64,000 nt of DNA from the human T2T-CHM13v2.0 reference genome, Homo sapiens: assembly GCF_009914755.1 (NCBI RefSeq), contig NC_060927.1; one strand, written 5' to 3'. The notes below the pieces were generated by a model. The model was given only the letters and a program-made list of their open reading frames with translations. It searched no databases and was not told where the DNA came from. A program made the translations under genes and the position numbers. This document shows positions 50,110-63,900 of this stretch, in pieces (position 1 is the first letter of the stretch; each line of letters begins with the position of its first letter).

Positions 50110-51850
50110 GTTGAATAGCATAGCCTCAGACTAGGCCTTTTAAATTTATTTTGGGAAATGATCCTAGTGAACAGGAGTAGGCTGATTGAAAAAATGAAAC
50201 CTCTCCCTCTCCCTCTCCCTCCTCCCGCTTTCCACGGTCTCCCCCTCTCCCTCGTCTCCGTCTCCCGCTTTCCACGGTCTCCCTCTGTTGCCGAGGCTGG
50301 AGTGTACTGCCGCGATCTCGGCTCACTGCAACCTCCCTGCCTGATTCTCCTGCCTCAGCCTGCCGAGTGCCTCGGATTGCAGGCGCGCGCCGCCATGCCT
50401 GACTGGTTTTTGTATTTTTTGGTGGAGATGGGGTTTTGCCATGTTGGCCGGGCTGGTCTCCAGCTCCTGACCTTGAGTGATCTGCCCGCCTCGGCCTCCC
50501 GAGGTGCCGGGATTGCAGACGGAGTCTCGCTCACTCAGTGCTCAATGTTGCCCAGGCTGGAGTGCAGTGGCCTGAACCTCCACCTCCCAGCCGCCTGCCT
50601 TGGCCTCCCAAAGTGCTGAGATTGCAGCCTCTGCCCGGCTGCCACCCCGTCTAGGAAGTGAGGAGCGTCTCTGCCTGGCCGCCCATCGTCTGGGATGTGA
50701 GGAGCCCCTCTGCCCGGCCTTCATCTCCTCTAGGAAGTGAGGAGCATCTCTTCCCGGCCACCCATCGTCTGGGATGTGGGGAGCACCTCTGCCTGGCCGC
50801 CCCGTCTGAGAAGTGAGGAGCCCCTCCACCCAGCAGCAGCTGCCCCGTCTGGGAAGTGAGGAGCGTCCCCGCCCTGCCGCCCCATCTGGGAGGTGGGGAG
50901 CGCCCCCGCCCGGCAGCCGCCCCGTCTGGGAGGTGGGGGGCGCCCCCGTCCGGCAGCTGCCCCGTCTGGGAGGTGGGGGGTGCCCCCGCCCAGCAGCCGC
51001 CCCGTCTGGGAGGTGGGGGGCCCCTCTGCCCGGCTGCCACGTCTGGGAAGTGAGGAGCCCCTCTGCCTGGCTGCCACCCTGTCTGGGAGGTGTACCCAAC
51101 AGCTCATTGAGAACGGGCCATGATGATGATGGCAGTTTTGTCAAATAGAAAAGGGGGAAATGTGGGGAAAAGAAAGAGATCAGATTGTTACTATGTCTGT
51201 GTAGAAGGTAGACATAGGAGACTCCATTTTGTTCTGTACTGAGAAAAATTCTTCTGCCTTGGGATGCTGTTAATCTATAACCTTATCCCCAACCCCGTGC
51301 TCTCTGAAACATGTGCTGTGTCAACTCAGGGTTAAATGGATTAAGGGCGGTGCAAGATGTGCCTTGTTAAACAGATGCTTGAAGGCAGCATGCTCGTTAA
51401 GAGTCATCACCACTCCCTAATCTCAAGTACCCAGGGACACAGACACTGCGGAAGGCCGCAGGGTCCTCTGCCTAGGAAAACCAGAGACCTTTGTTCACAT
51501 GTTTATCTGCTGACCTTCTCTCCACTATTGTCCTATGACCCTGCCAAATCCCCCTCTCTGAGAAACACCCAAGAATGATCAATAAATACTAAAAAAATTA
51601 AAAAAAAAATGAACCAAGGAAGAATGGAAAGCAAATTCAAATGTACCTTATTAAGCTAATTGATACTATGAACAACTGGGGTTCTGCTCTGCTGATGATA
51701 TTCTGAGAGAAGTAGACATTACCTCAGAATAGACCCCACAAGAAATGGAAGAGGAAAATAGTTATCTGCTGGCTTCCATCCCCCACTGGTTAAAAGTTGG
51801 TCCAGGGGAATTTAACTTTCTTGTACTTCTAGGTATGTGTTGGTGTCAGA
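50110..51850. mobile_element. LTR33-like ERVL LTR split by an SVA
   Basis: Flanks join as tttattttgggaaatgatcc...gaa|ccaaggaagaatggaaagc...caactgggg; similar to the element at 63490-63900. Confidence 0.5.
50200..51604 (+). mobile_element. Full-structure SVA (B-like)
   Basis: CCCTCT hexamers, Alu-like domain, GC-rich VNTR ~50630-51090, SINE-R, AATAAA ~51581, A-tail; TSD about aaaaaatgaa. Confidence 0.96.
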
Positions 51851-52091
51851 ATGGATAAGTAGTCTCATCTAAAATAAAAGAATGTTTCATTTTGGAAATT
51901 GATAAGTGTATTCCAAAAAGTGTATATCAAAATTCAAAAGAACATGAATATCTCAAAGAAGAACAAAGTTAGAGGAATCCCCACCTATCAATTTTTATTA
52001 AAACACTACACTAATAAAGTAATATGGTATTTCTACAAAGATAGGCAAATAGATCAGTGGAACAAAGTAACAAGTCCAGGAACAGGTCTAC

Positions 52092-52340
52092 TGTTTTAGT
52101 TGGTTTGAGTTGTTATGATAGAATACCATAGCCTGGGTAGTTTATAAATAACAGAAATTTATTTCTCACAGTTCTGGAGGCTGGGAAGTCTAAAACCAAG
52201 GTGCTGACAGATTCATTGTCTTGTGAGGGTCCACTTCCTCATAAATGGCCATCTTTTTGCTGTAACCTCACATAGTGGAATGGCTGAGACATCTCTCTGG
52301 AGTCTCTTTGATAACTGCACTAATCTCATTTATGAGGGCC
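52092..52340 (-). mobile_element. MLT1A fragment
   Basis: aacagaaatttatttctcacagttctggaggctgggaagtc...gcactaatctcatttatgaggg. Confidence 0.8.
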
Positions 52341-52939
52341 TGTTTGCCAGACCTAGATGTCTCTACTATTAGGATCACTAGAACCTGTTAGTTACCCCCC
52401 ATTAAAGAATGTTGCATACTAGAATATAATTGCTTATTTGTTTGTCTTCCTATTAAACTGTGAGTTCCTGGAGTCTTCTATTGTATCCCAGTCCTGAGTA
52501 TACTGTCTGGCACATAGTCAAAATTTAGTAAATATACTCTGAACTGGATTGAATGGTAAAATAATATAGAATGTGGGCCTGAGTGATTTATTCTGTTTGT
52601 TTTACTCTCTTTTTTTTCTCTAGAAAACATAAGATGAGGGAAGTACTTTATTTGCTCATTTTATACCTAAGATGAGGTGTGCCTTCATATCACCTGGTCC
52701 AAATTCCCACTACCCTCTACATGAAACAATTCTTTCCTGATAAATCTAGCCTAGCAATCCATTTATGAATATCAACATCTAGGGAGGTCAACACTCGCTC
52801 TTACCTTGAAAATATGTATGTTCAATTTTCTTAGCAAATAAAAGTAAAAGTGAAACTAACTGACATAATATTTTTTATTGATAAAATTAACAAAGATTCA
52901 GGTGGGCAAAAAATTTGCTGAATCTACTATTTACATGCA

Positions 52940-55810
52940 AAGAAAAACATGGACACCCTACCTCACACTGTAAAGAAACACTCAAAATGGATCAAAGACC
53001 TAAACATAAGTGCTAAAACTTTGAAACTCTTGGAAGAAACAGCACAGGCAACAGAAAAAACAACAGATAAATTAGACATCATCAAAATTTAAAACTTGTG
53101 CTTCAAAGGACACCATCAAGAAAGTGAAAAGACAACCTAAAGAATAAGAGAAATTTTGTAAATCACGTATCAGATGTGGGACTTATATCTAGAATGTGTA
53201 ATAAACCCTTGCAAATCAATAATAAAAAGACAAATTACCCAATTGAAATTGGGCAACACACTTGAATACACAGTTCTCCAAAGAAGATATACAAATGCCT
53301 AATAAGCACATGAAAATATGCTTAACAGTTAAAATAATACAGGGAAGAGATCTTACTGTGTGGACATCTCAGTGAGTATGATGTGAATGGCATACTCACT
53401 GCTAAAGGAGACTTGTGGCTGTCAGACAACCGTTTACTTAAATATCAGGCTCTATTACTTGAAGGGCCAGTGCTGCGAATGCACACTTGTACAACTCTTA
53501 ATCCAGACACATTTCTTCCAGACAATGAAGAAAAGATAGAACATAACTGTCAACAAGTAATTGCTCAAACCTATGCCGCTCAAGGGGATCTTTTAGAGGT
53601 TCCCTTGACTGATCCCGATCTCAACTTGTATACTGATGGAAGTTCCTTTGTAGAAAAAGGACTTCGAAAAGCAGGGTATGCAGTGGTCAGTGATAATGGA
53701 ATACTTGAAAGTAATTCCCTCACTCCAGGAACTAGTGCTCAGCTGGCAGAAATAATAGCCCTCACTCGGGCACTACAATTAGGAAAAGGAAAAAAGGTAA
53801 ATATATATACAGACTCTAAGTATGCTTACCTAGTCCTCCATGCCCTTGCGGCAATATGGAGAGAAAGGGAATTCCTAACTTCCGAGGGAACACCTATCAA
53901 ACATCAGGAAGCCATTAGGAGATTACTATTGGCTGTACAGAAACCTAAAGAGGTGGCAGTCTTACACGGCCTGGGTCACCAGAAAGAAAAGGAAAGGGAA
54001 ATAAAAAGGAACCACCAAGCGGATATTGAAGCCAAAAGAGCTGCAAGGCAGGACCCTCCATTAGAAATGCTTATAGAAGGACATCTACTATGGGGTAATC
54101 TCCTCCAGGAAACCAAGCCCCAGTACTCAGAAGAAGAAATAGAATGAGGAAACTCATGAAGACATAGTTCCTTCCCCTCAGGATGGCTAGCCACCAAAGA
54201 AGGAAAAATACTTTTGCCTGCAGCTAGCCAATGGAAATTACTTAAAATCCTTCACCAAACCTTTCACTTAGGCATTGATAGCACCCATCAGATGGCCAAA
54301 TTATTATTTACTGGACCAGGCCTTTTCAAAACTATCAAGCAGATAGTCAGGGCCTGTAAAGTGTGCCAAAGAAGTAATCCCCTGCACTGCAGGCCATACA
54401 TTTCAATCCCTGTATCTTTAATCTCCTTATTAAGTTTGTTTCTTCCAGAATCGAAGCTGTAAAACTACAAATCGTTCTTCAAATGGAGCCCCAGATGCAG
54501 TCCATGACTAAGATCTACTGCAGACCCCTGGACTGGCCTGCTAGCCCATGCTTTGATGTTAATGACATCGAAGGCACCCCTCCCGAGGAAATCTCAACTG
54601 CACAACACCTACTACACCCCAGTTCAGCAGGAAGCAGTTAGAGTGGTCATCGGCCAACCTCCCCAACAGCACTTGGGTTTTCCTGTTGAGAGGGGGGATT
54701 GAGAGACAGGACTAGCTGGATTTCCTAGGCTGACTAAGAATCCCTAAGCCTAGCTGGGAAGGTGACCACATCCACCTTTAAACATGGGGCTTGCAACTTA
54801 GCTCACACCCGACCAGAGAGCTCACTAAAATGCTAATTAGGCAAAAACAGGAGGTAAAGAAATAGCCAATCATCTATTGCCTGAGAGCACAGTGGGTGGG
54901 ACAAGGATCGGGATATAAACCCAGGCATTTGAACTGGCAATGGCACCCCCCTTTGGGTCCTCTCCCTTTGTATGGGAGCTCTGTTTTCACTCTATTTCAC
55001 TCTATTAAATCTTGCAACTCCAAAAAAAAAAAAGAAAGAAAATATGCTTAAAATTATTAGCTCAAAGGGAAATACAAATCAAAGCCACAAAGAGACATTA
55101 CCTCACACCTACTCAGATAATTATAACAAAAAAGTCAGATAATAACAAGTATTGACAAGAATATGGAGAAATTGAAACATTCATACATTGCTGGTGGGAA
55201 TGTAAAATGGTGCAGCCACTTTGGAAAACAGTCCGATAGTTACTCAAATGGTTAAACATACAGTTAAAATGTGATCCAGAAATTTTACTCTTAGTTATAT
55301 ATCCAAGGGAAGTAAGAACATGTCTACACAAACACTTGTACACAAATATTCATGGCTGTATTATTCATAATAACAAGCAGAAGCATCCAAATGTCCATCA
55401 ACTAATGAATGGATAAATAAAATGTGATATCCATACAATAGTATATTATTCAACAATAAAAAGAAATGAAACACTAATGCAGGCTAAAATATGGATGAAT
55501 GTTGAAAACATTATGCTAAGTGAAAAAAGCCAGTCACAAAGAACCATGATCACATTTATGCAAAATCTCCAGAAAAGGCAAATCAATAGAGACAGAAAAC
55601 AGATTAGTGGTTGCCTAAGTCTGAGGAGTGTGGAAGCGGGATGTTGACAGCTAAGAAATATGAATTTTTTTTTTGGAGGGAGAATAATGAAAATGTCCTA
55701 AAATCGAATGTGCTAATGGATCCTATTTTATCAATTAGGAGTTACTGAACTGTACACCTTAAATGAGCGAATTACATGGTATGTGAATTATCTGAAAGAG
55801 CTGTTAAGAA
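52940..55810 (+). mobile_element. L1MB 3' portion, split by the HERV-W retrocopy
   Basis: aaagaagatatacaaatgcctaataagcacatgaaaatatgcttaa continues after 55051 as aattattagc...gggaaatacaaatcaaagccac. Confidence 0.8.
53326..55037 (+). pseudogene. HERV-W (HERV17/LTR17) processed pseudogene: 5'-truncated pol (RNase H, start of integrase), internal deletion, env tail, U3-R, poly(A)
   Basis: ORF 53383-54147 with LYTDGSS / AQLAE / IYTDSKY. Env C-terminus PCIFNLL...SSAGSS* at 54408-54641. PPT then LTR tgagagacagg at 54700, ATTAAA 55004, no U5, A-tail. 14-bp TSD gaaaatatgcttaa (53312-53325, 55038-55051). Confidence 0.95.
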
Positions 55811-56039
55811 AATTTTTAAGATGTAATATTGAAGCCAGTGCTCTAGTCTTCTTGTATATTTTCAATGAAAATAAAATTTGATACAACTAACTTAGTTTCA
55901 TCAAACTGTTGTATGTCTTTTGGTCCATTTATGAAGAAAGATGTATATCACTTTACTGTTAATAGTTAATATCATAAATAAATTTTCAAAAATTTGAAAA
56001 TATTAGAATTATAGCTGTACTTGCCAAACTCATAAGGCA

Positions 56040-57110
56040 CTATATAAAAAGGCAGTCAACATCATTAGTTATTAGGGAAATGCAAATTAAAACCATAATG
56101 AATACCAGTGCATATTTATTAGAATGATTAAAATGGGGAAAATGACACTACCAAGTACTGATGAAGAAGCAGAGCAACTGGAACTCTCATACTTTGCAGG
56201 TGGGAATGCAAAATGATACACAATCACTTTGGAAACAGATTTGCAATTTCTTATAAACATATGCTTGTGGCCGGGCATGGTGGCTCACACCTGTAATCCC
56301 AGCACTTTGGGAGGCTGAGGTGGCAGATGACCTGAGGTCAGGAGTTTGAGACCATCCAGGCCAACATGATGAAACCCCATCTCTACTAAAAATACAAAAA
56401 TTAGCCAGACGTGGTGGCACACACCTGTAATCCCAGCTACTCAGCAGGCTGAGGCAAGAGAATCGCTTGAACCTGGGAAGCGGAGGTTGCATTAAGCCAA
56501 GATTGTGCCACTGCACTCTAGCCTGGGCAACAGAACGAGACTCTGTCTCAAAAAACAAAAACAAAAACATATGCTTGCCATATGATGTGGGAGATATGAA
56601 AACTTATATTCACACAGAAACCTGTACATGAATGTTTATAGTAGCTTTATTCATAAGCTCCCCAAAGGAAACAACCTAAATGTCCTTCAGCTGGGGAATG
56701 GATAAACAAACTGTGGTACAGCCACACGATGGAATACTATTCAAAAATAAAAAGAGGAGAACATGAATACATGCAGCAACAGGGGTGAATCTTAAATTCC
56801 TTCAGTTAAGTAAAGGCAGCTAGACTCAAAAAGCTATATACTGTTTGATGCCCTCAACATGCCATTCTGGAATAGGCAAAACTACAGAGATAAAATACAG
56901 ATTAATGGTTTCCAGAAGTTGGCATAGGGGAAAACTTGACTATAAAAGGGCACAAGGTAATTTTTTTGGTGATAGATTATGTATTGATTGTGGTGATGGT
57001 TGCATTTGCCATGCATTTGTCATATATGTACTTATCAAAACTCAGAATTTTGACAATAGGGTGACTTTTTCTGTATGTAAATCTTACCTTAATAAAAAGT
57101 TTTAAAAATA
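56040..57110 (+). mobile_element. L1MC-type 3' end split by an Alu
   Basis: gggaaatgcaaattaaaacc...gagcaactggaactctcatac...gccattctggaataggcaaaactacagag. Confidence 0.75.
56269..56564 (+). mobile_element. AluS (Sx/Sq)
   Basis: Full dimer; TSD aaacatatgcttg. Confidence 0.93.
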
Positions 57111-58217
57111 AGTTTTGAAAAACTGCTCAATATGCTAAATTAATATAAAGTACCCTTATTTTAAAGTGTGTTTACCAAAGCTGTAAAAGCATGGAGACAT
57201 ATTTATAACATGTGAAAAAAACAAGTGATTATGTTATATATTTATAACTGTAGTAGAAATACAAATACTGTGTTTAAAAATCTTCACATATTAGCTCAAA
57301 AAGATAGAAAAAAGTTAGCCAAAATGTCAAGAGTAATCCTTTATGATTGGGGGTGAGGACAGGGATGATTTTTTTTGCTTTTCATTTTCTATTTTTAAAT
57401 TATATTAATAAGTATACTTTGTTTTTCACAAGAAAAATGACATATTACATTTAATAAAAGGACTATATGGGAGTCAGAATAATTCTTTTCAAATATAAAA
57501 ATTTTCTCAAAGTGTATTGGTCTAAGTAAGACATTAATTTCGTAAATAAGTCATTAGGTTTTGTGGCTTTAGTTTGCTTTTCTGCAAAATGAGAGAAATC
57601 TGTTTAGTATTTTTGCTACTCACCCTGAAGCAAAATAAATAAATTCTCACACTGAAAACAAAATAAATAAATAGCAGCTAATTCAGAGTAGGTGGAAAAG
57701 GTGTGTTTGTAAAAACAAGAGTGTTTATTTTCATGTGTGGACTTTAATTCATATTCTCAATCAACTATTTTCTACAGCCTCACCTTTCCCTTCTTAATGA
57801 GAACAGTATAGTTCTCCTATTACTAGACAACATTTTTATGTGAGCCACACTCTCACTCACCATATCTATGACAACATGCCCAATAAAGAATCTCCACTAG
57901 CCCAAGTCTGTTTCCATAGCACTAGCCAACAGAAAACTATGCGGCAATCAGCCCTAGAAAGTAACCTCTTATTTGTTCTCACAGAGATCTATGAAGAATA
58001 ATATATTTTAACTTTTCCTTGTCTAGTATCACCATGGCCCAGATTCAGTCTCAGTGCCTGTGCGGTTAAAGGATGGTTTGAACTGAGCAAGAAACAAGGA
58101 TAACCTAAACTTTTCTGAAGGATAATTTTCTTTGAGTCAATACGTGTTCTGTGATCCAATGAGAGATAGAAAGCCCAAAACTTCTGACACCAACAAACTG
58201 TCAGAAGGCAGCAGGGC

Positions 58218-58364
58218 AGAGGGAGAGCATTTGGAGATATACTTAATGTTAAATGATGAGTTACTGGATTCAGCACACCAACATGGCACATGTATACATA
58301 TGTAACTAACCTGCACGTTGTGCACATGTACCCTAAAACTTAAAGTATAATAAAAAAAAAAAAA
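58218..58364 (+). mobile_element. Very short 5'-truncated L1PA (PA3/4-like) 3' end
   Basis: ggagatatac...catgtaccctaaaacttaaagtataataaaa; perfect 15-bp TSD agaaggcagcagggc (58203-58217, 58365-58379). Confidence 0.92.
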
Positions 58365-59964
58365 AGAAGGCAGCAGGGCTATGAAATCAGATAAATCTGA
58401 GGTTGAATCCCACTTCTATCCAGAATTGGTGCTAACAAAAAGTTTAATTTCTTTGAGTCCCAATATCTTCATATGTAGCAAGGGAAATAATAAGACCTAC
58501 CTTTGAAAATTATGGGGATTAACTGGGGTAAATGCAAAGTGCCTCTTATGTAATAGGCACTTAATGAAATGTTACTCTTTTCCACAGAGTTTCAGAAGTT
58601 GTTTTGCGAAAAACCATAAGGCAGCCTAGCCAACTCTTCTAGAGAGAACAACAGGGTTGTGAGTGTGTATGTGTGTGCCTGTAAGCATGACTGTATTAGG
58701 AGTAGTAATCAGAAAGAATCATGTGGGATGCTGTGGATATGTAATTAGAGGTGAAACGGAAGTCTATAAGATCTGGAAAAGAGGTTTCTAGACTCCAAGA
58801 GTAAAAGTTGTAAAAAAGAAAAACAGCCAACCCATTTTTAATGGGTCACTTGAACCTAATTATCGGGTCATAGTATATTCCACTTGAAATATATTTTCAA
58901 ATTAATTGTGTCAAATTTTCTCATTTTTAAAGCAAAAAACAAAACAACACTAATGCTCAGAGAAGGGAAGGGAATTTCCCAAGGTCACACAACACATGGA
59001 AAGAAGTGGGACTAGAACATTCCCAGTCTCCTGTTTCTGAGAAAGTAGGGCCCTCTTTGCCCTTGGAGATACTGCTGATTCTTCTTTATGGAATGCCTAT
59101 GTAAATAGATCCTGCGCTAGGTGCCAGGCAAAGCAAGGCATTGACCCAATCCTCAGTGCATTAAGAGGACAAGAAGATAGAGAGGGTGCCATAGAGATGG
59201 CACAACCATGATGCGTACCCATTAGGAGCATGGAATGAAGCACGCGCACAAACACACACACATTTACACATGAACATTTACATTACACAGGGTTGTAGCC
59301 TGTTGTTATCTGTCATGGAGGGCTCTATGGGAAAGAGGTGTTTGGTCGGCTCAGCAAGGAGAATGTATGTTTAGAAGATCACTGAAGAGGATGAGTGGTG
59401 ATGCTGGATGGAAAAAAGAAACGGATATGTGAGGAGTTGCAAGGGTCTGGAAGGTTTTTATCTGCCCATGTGTCCTCAAGAAAGTCATTTGATTGATTCT
59501 CAGAATAGGGGAGTTACAAGAGAAAAAAAAGTCGCTTGACAACCCCTTCTTCACTTTCATTTCTGATTATGTTGTCTGATCCCAAATCCTCACCAGCATG
59601 GGACTATAGTTGAGGTCATGGGAATTTTAATGGATAAATGATTTAGAGCTGCCAGTTGTATATCCAAGACTCCAATCCCTTTTCTAGATTATTCCCTCTC
59701 CTAAGACACTTCTGAATCTTCTTAAGAAAGATATCTGGGTGACTCACATAGAACTTGAAACCAGTGTCTCTGCTGTACTGGATGTTAGGTGCCATAATCC
59801 TGAAAGAATGGGACTGATAGGGAGAACTTCACATTACCCTGAGATCCTGGACTTTGAGCTGTCTTCGTGGTCATGATGGGACTTTGGTGGCTTCTCTTGA
59901 GTAAGAGGTTGAAAGGTGTTCTCTACTTGGGAAGAAAAATCAATGGGGATTTGATAGAGGGCCA

Positions 59965-60270
59965 GACTGTAGTGGTGACAACTAAGTATTCACCACAGTC
60001 TCTTTCCTTTTTCTCCAAAGCACACAGTGAGACAACATTTCCCAGACTCGCTTGCAATTCGGCATGGTCACATGACTAGTTCTGGCCAACCAAAGGTAAG
60101 CAGAAATTATACATGTCTTAGCTGAATGGGGAGGGGTCTGAGGATCTGCATGAGGGTAGAACTGCATCATGGAAAGAGCATAGACCATGAATCGCTGAAT
60201 TACTGAGTTATATGAACAAGAAATAATCTACTGTGTTATGCTTCTGAGATTTGGAAGTTACCTGTTACGG
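59965..60270 (+). mobile_element. MLT1J/K-like LTR
   Basis: catttcccagactcgcttgca...ggtcacatgactagttctggccaa...gagatttggaagttacctgttac. Confidence 0.6.
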
Positions 60271-62127
60271 GATTTAGCCTACCCTATCTATCATTATTTC
60301 GTCAATCTTAAGATGTACATATTTCCATATTTTAATACTCCATTTTAGACTTGACTTAGATAAAATACTGCAATACAGGAATGTTAAGACAGACATATCA
60401 ACACACTCACATTCACACAGCTAGTGTGATACTGACACTCCAAGTCTCCTCAACACTAGACCAAATTTCTAAGTTCCATGAGGTACTGATAAGAGAGACA
60501 AAGTTACCTAACCACAGAAGCTCCTACATTTGACTAACTTACCTACAGCTCATTGTCCTGGTGTGAGACCATGGTATGTTATCTCAGTATTTTGGATGCT
60601 AGCTCTCTGGATTCTGTGACTTAGGAGGAGATTAAAGATTGAACTCCAGCTAGGTTTGGGGGTGATGAAGAGAAGAGCTGATAAACCTGGTATGCCACTG
60701 GCAGTCCTATTGTGTCTAAGAAAGAGGAAGATTCTGCTTTGCAGAGCAGCTCAATTTAAAGTCTTGTTAAAGTATTAAAAAAGGTTCCTCTGCTTGCAGT
60801 GTTAGTATGTGTCCCCATCAAACAGACTTTGGATATTAGATCTGCCATCTGCACCATGGTAGCTGTTGCTAGGGTTACAATGCTCTCCTTGAACAGAAAA
60901 TCAAATAGCTGCCTGAAACCTGCAGGTAAAGGTCACAGTTGGCACAACATGCATCCTTTTGCGTATATAAAGGGAAAAGTATGGCTGTAGGGGAAGGAGG
61001 TTCTTTAGATTCTCCCTTTGAGGCCAACCTGGTAAAGATGATCTGGGTAGAAACTTCAGATATCAGCTGTATGTAAGAGGGCATCTTGATAATGCACAGA
61101 AAATTCATAAATGGGGATTGGAAATAAATGTTTAAAAACTAAATGCAAGATATCATTTTTTTGAAGGGGATGGTCTCACATGAGTCACCCCACATTGTCC
61201 ACTCTCAGCTAACCCCTTACCTTCCCAACTTTTAGAATGAATAATGTCCATATGTCTAAAGAATAGGAAATCTTTCAAAAGTAATGAATACAGCATTGGA
61301 AGAAATACATTTCTCAAATTATATGGACAGTTTAAATAATAGTTTGATCTTTTCGGGGCTCAGATAGGCTTGGGGGATGCAGAGTTGAGAGGAGGAAGAT
61401 ATCCTCTGGCCAGGTTAACTTAGTTCTGTAGCCCAAGCTTGAAGATACAGAGCACTCTTGCCAAGAAGCTAGAGAAGTAACAGAGTTTGTCAAAACTCTT
61501 AGAGAACGGGGAAGAGAGCTACCAATTGCCTTGTGAGTATTGCTTTTTATACTTATAATTTTTACAAGTGTTGATGGTTGTAATGATATTGCTGCTACTA
61601 CTGCTTCTAATACTACTAGTATTTGTGGCCATTAGTTCTTTTTAAATAATTTCCAATGAATTATCATAAAAGCAGTATAAACAAGAGGTAAAAGTATAAC
61701 TGTACAAAAGTGTGTAAAATGAAGTTTCCTTCCTCTTACCTTGGATACCCAAGAACCACTCCCCAGAAGTAACTAATCTAAAGTGTTACTTCAGAAATAT
61801 TCTATGCCTATATGAAGATATATAAATATAGTTAACAGATGCAGGATTTAATATACATACTGTTCTGAAACATGTTTTTATCACTTAACACTGTGTCTTG
61901 AACATATTTCCTTATTAGCACCTATAGTGCTATATATATGTGAGATACAGATTTGGCAACATGGTACAGTGGAAAGAGCATGGGCTAAAATTAAGACTAT
62001 GTGAAGGGATTTGACTAAAAGATGATAATAACTTCACTCTTTATAATAGCAGAATTGTTTTAACAACTCAAATGTCCATTAAAAGCAAATGCCATTATGG
62101 TATGTGTCATAGAAAAATATATAGCAT

Positions 62128-62457
<330 letters not shown>

Positions 62458-63489
62458 TTATTTACATTAAATTATACTTAGGTGACTATTAGGTTTCACC
62501 TTTTATATGTATTATAATTATTGTTACTACGCTGTTATATTAGAACTTATTGTTGCTATCTTAATTTATACATGTTATTGATAAGTTTTCAATATTTTAT
62601 ATGTATTTATATTATCCTGACAGGGAGATATGTGCTTTCTCTAGCAAAGACAGGTTATTACTTATTCACAGCTGTAACCACCTCAATTTCATTTTTTCCC
62701 AGATTCTTCCCCTCAGGGTGATGTGGTAAGAGTTAGATGTCATTCTCTACATACTGGGATCTGTATATAAGTAAAGAACCCACAAAATATAAATCTTGGG
62801 TTTATATAGGAGAGAGACAGCTTTTCCCTCTTCTCTCTGAGAAGGAATTGATCTCAAATGTAAATAAAGGAAAGCATCCTCCAAAGTTGGGAGGAAAAGA
62901 AAATGTATCCAAAGAGTTTTTACTATTTGGAAGGTAAGTAAATGTTTTCAGGGGGAAGATAAGACAAGTATCTCTGAATTACAACCCCTGTGATATCTTC
63001 ATGCTCCTGAGTTTCATTGCCTTTCTGAAATATAACACATACCTCCCAGGTTGTAAATCTCCACTTAATGATCATTTAAACTCCAAGGTTTTAACCCAGG
63101 TCTTAGTAAAAATTTCCCAGAAAGCCCTGACCATGCATAAAGATAAACATAATCACTTCTTGAAAAAATTTACTACACTTTATTTCAGTGTAATTTTAAA
63201 TTTCCCCTCATTTACATTGGCTAGATATTACTTTCTTCTGGGAAGTAGGTATATAATTTTTAATTATTCTTAAGGTTTACTATAATTTATTAAGACCCAT
63301 ATTCATAGTTTTTTTCTACCAGTTTTTGAGGATTATCAATACCAAATCTCCCATCTGAACCAGATGAAACCTCAGCCTTCTCACTTTCTTCTTGTCTATT
63401 CTTTGATCTGCCATGTTGACATCACCTGTAGTTTTAACTCAAAATTTTTTGTGTATCCATTTGACATAGTATGTTAATATATTCTTTAC

Positions 63490-63900
63490 TCGTCTTAGCC
63501 TGGGTTTCTGGAAAGCACAGTCTGAGGCAGACGTTTGTGTTCTCTTTCTTCAGTACACCAGGGGGCAGTAGTGAACGTAAAGCATAGTGAGGCAAGAAAA
63601 GAGAGATGATACAATAAAGCATCACCGAATTGGCCGTTGCTTGGCACTAAACATGACAAATTATTCATCCTCATGTGCCTTTATTGTGATAATCCATATA
63701 AAAGCTATTTTAGGATAGTGTATCTGGAGAATGAAGGAAAAATTATTTATGCACTGGCTCCTATCTCCCACCGGTCCAAGATTTGTCTCAGTGGCCATAA
63801 ATTTTCTGCACTTTTGAATTGGCATGTGTTGGTACTGAGCATGGCCTGTGATGTTTCATGCTTTAGTGTCAACACGAAAGTTTTGGGGCAGGAAGCAGCA
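63490..63900. mobile_element. LTR33/LTR16-like ERVL LTR
   Basis: gtcttagcctgggtttctggaaagcacagtctgaggcag start and internal similarity to 51610-51850. Confidence 0.5.

Noticed and set aside
50542-51148. Multiple overlapping Pro/Arg/Gly-rich ORFs
   Set aside because: Artefact of the GC-rich SVA VNTR; the same applies to 46363-46790.
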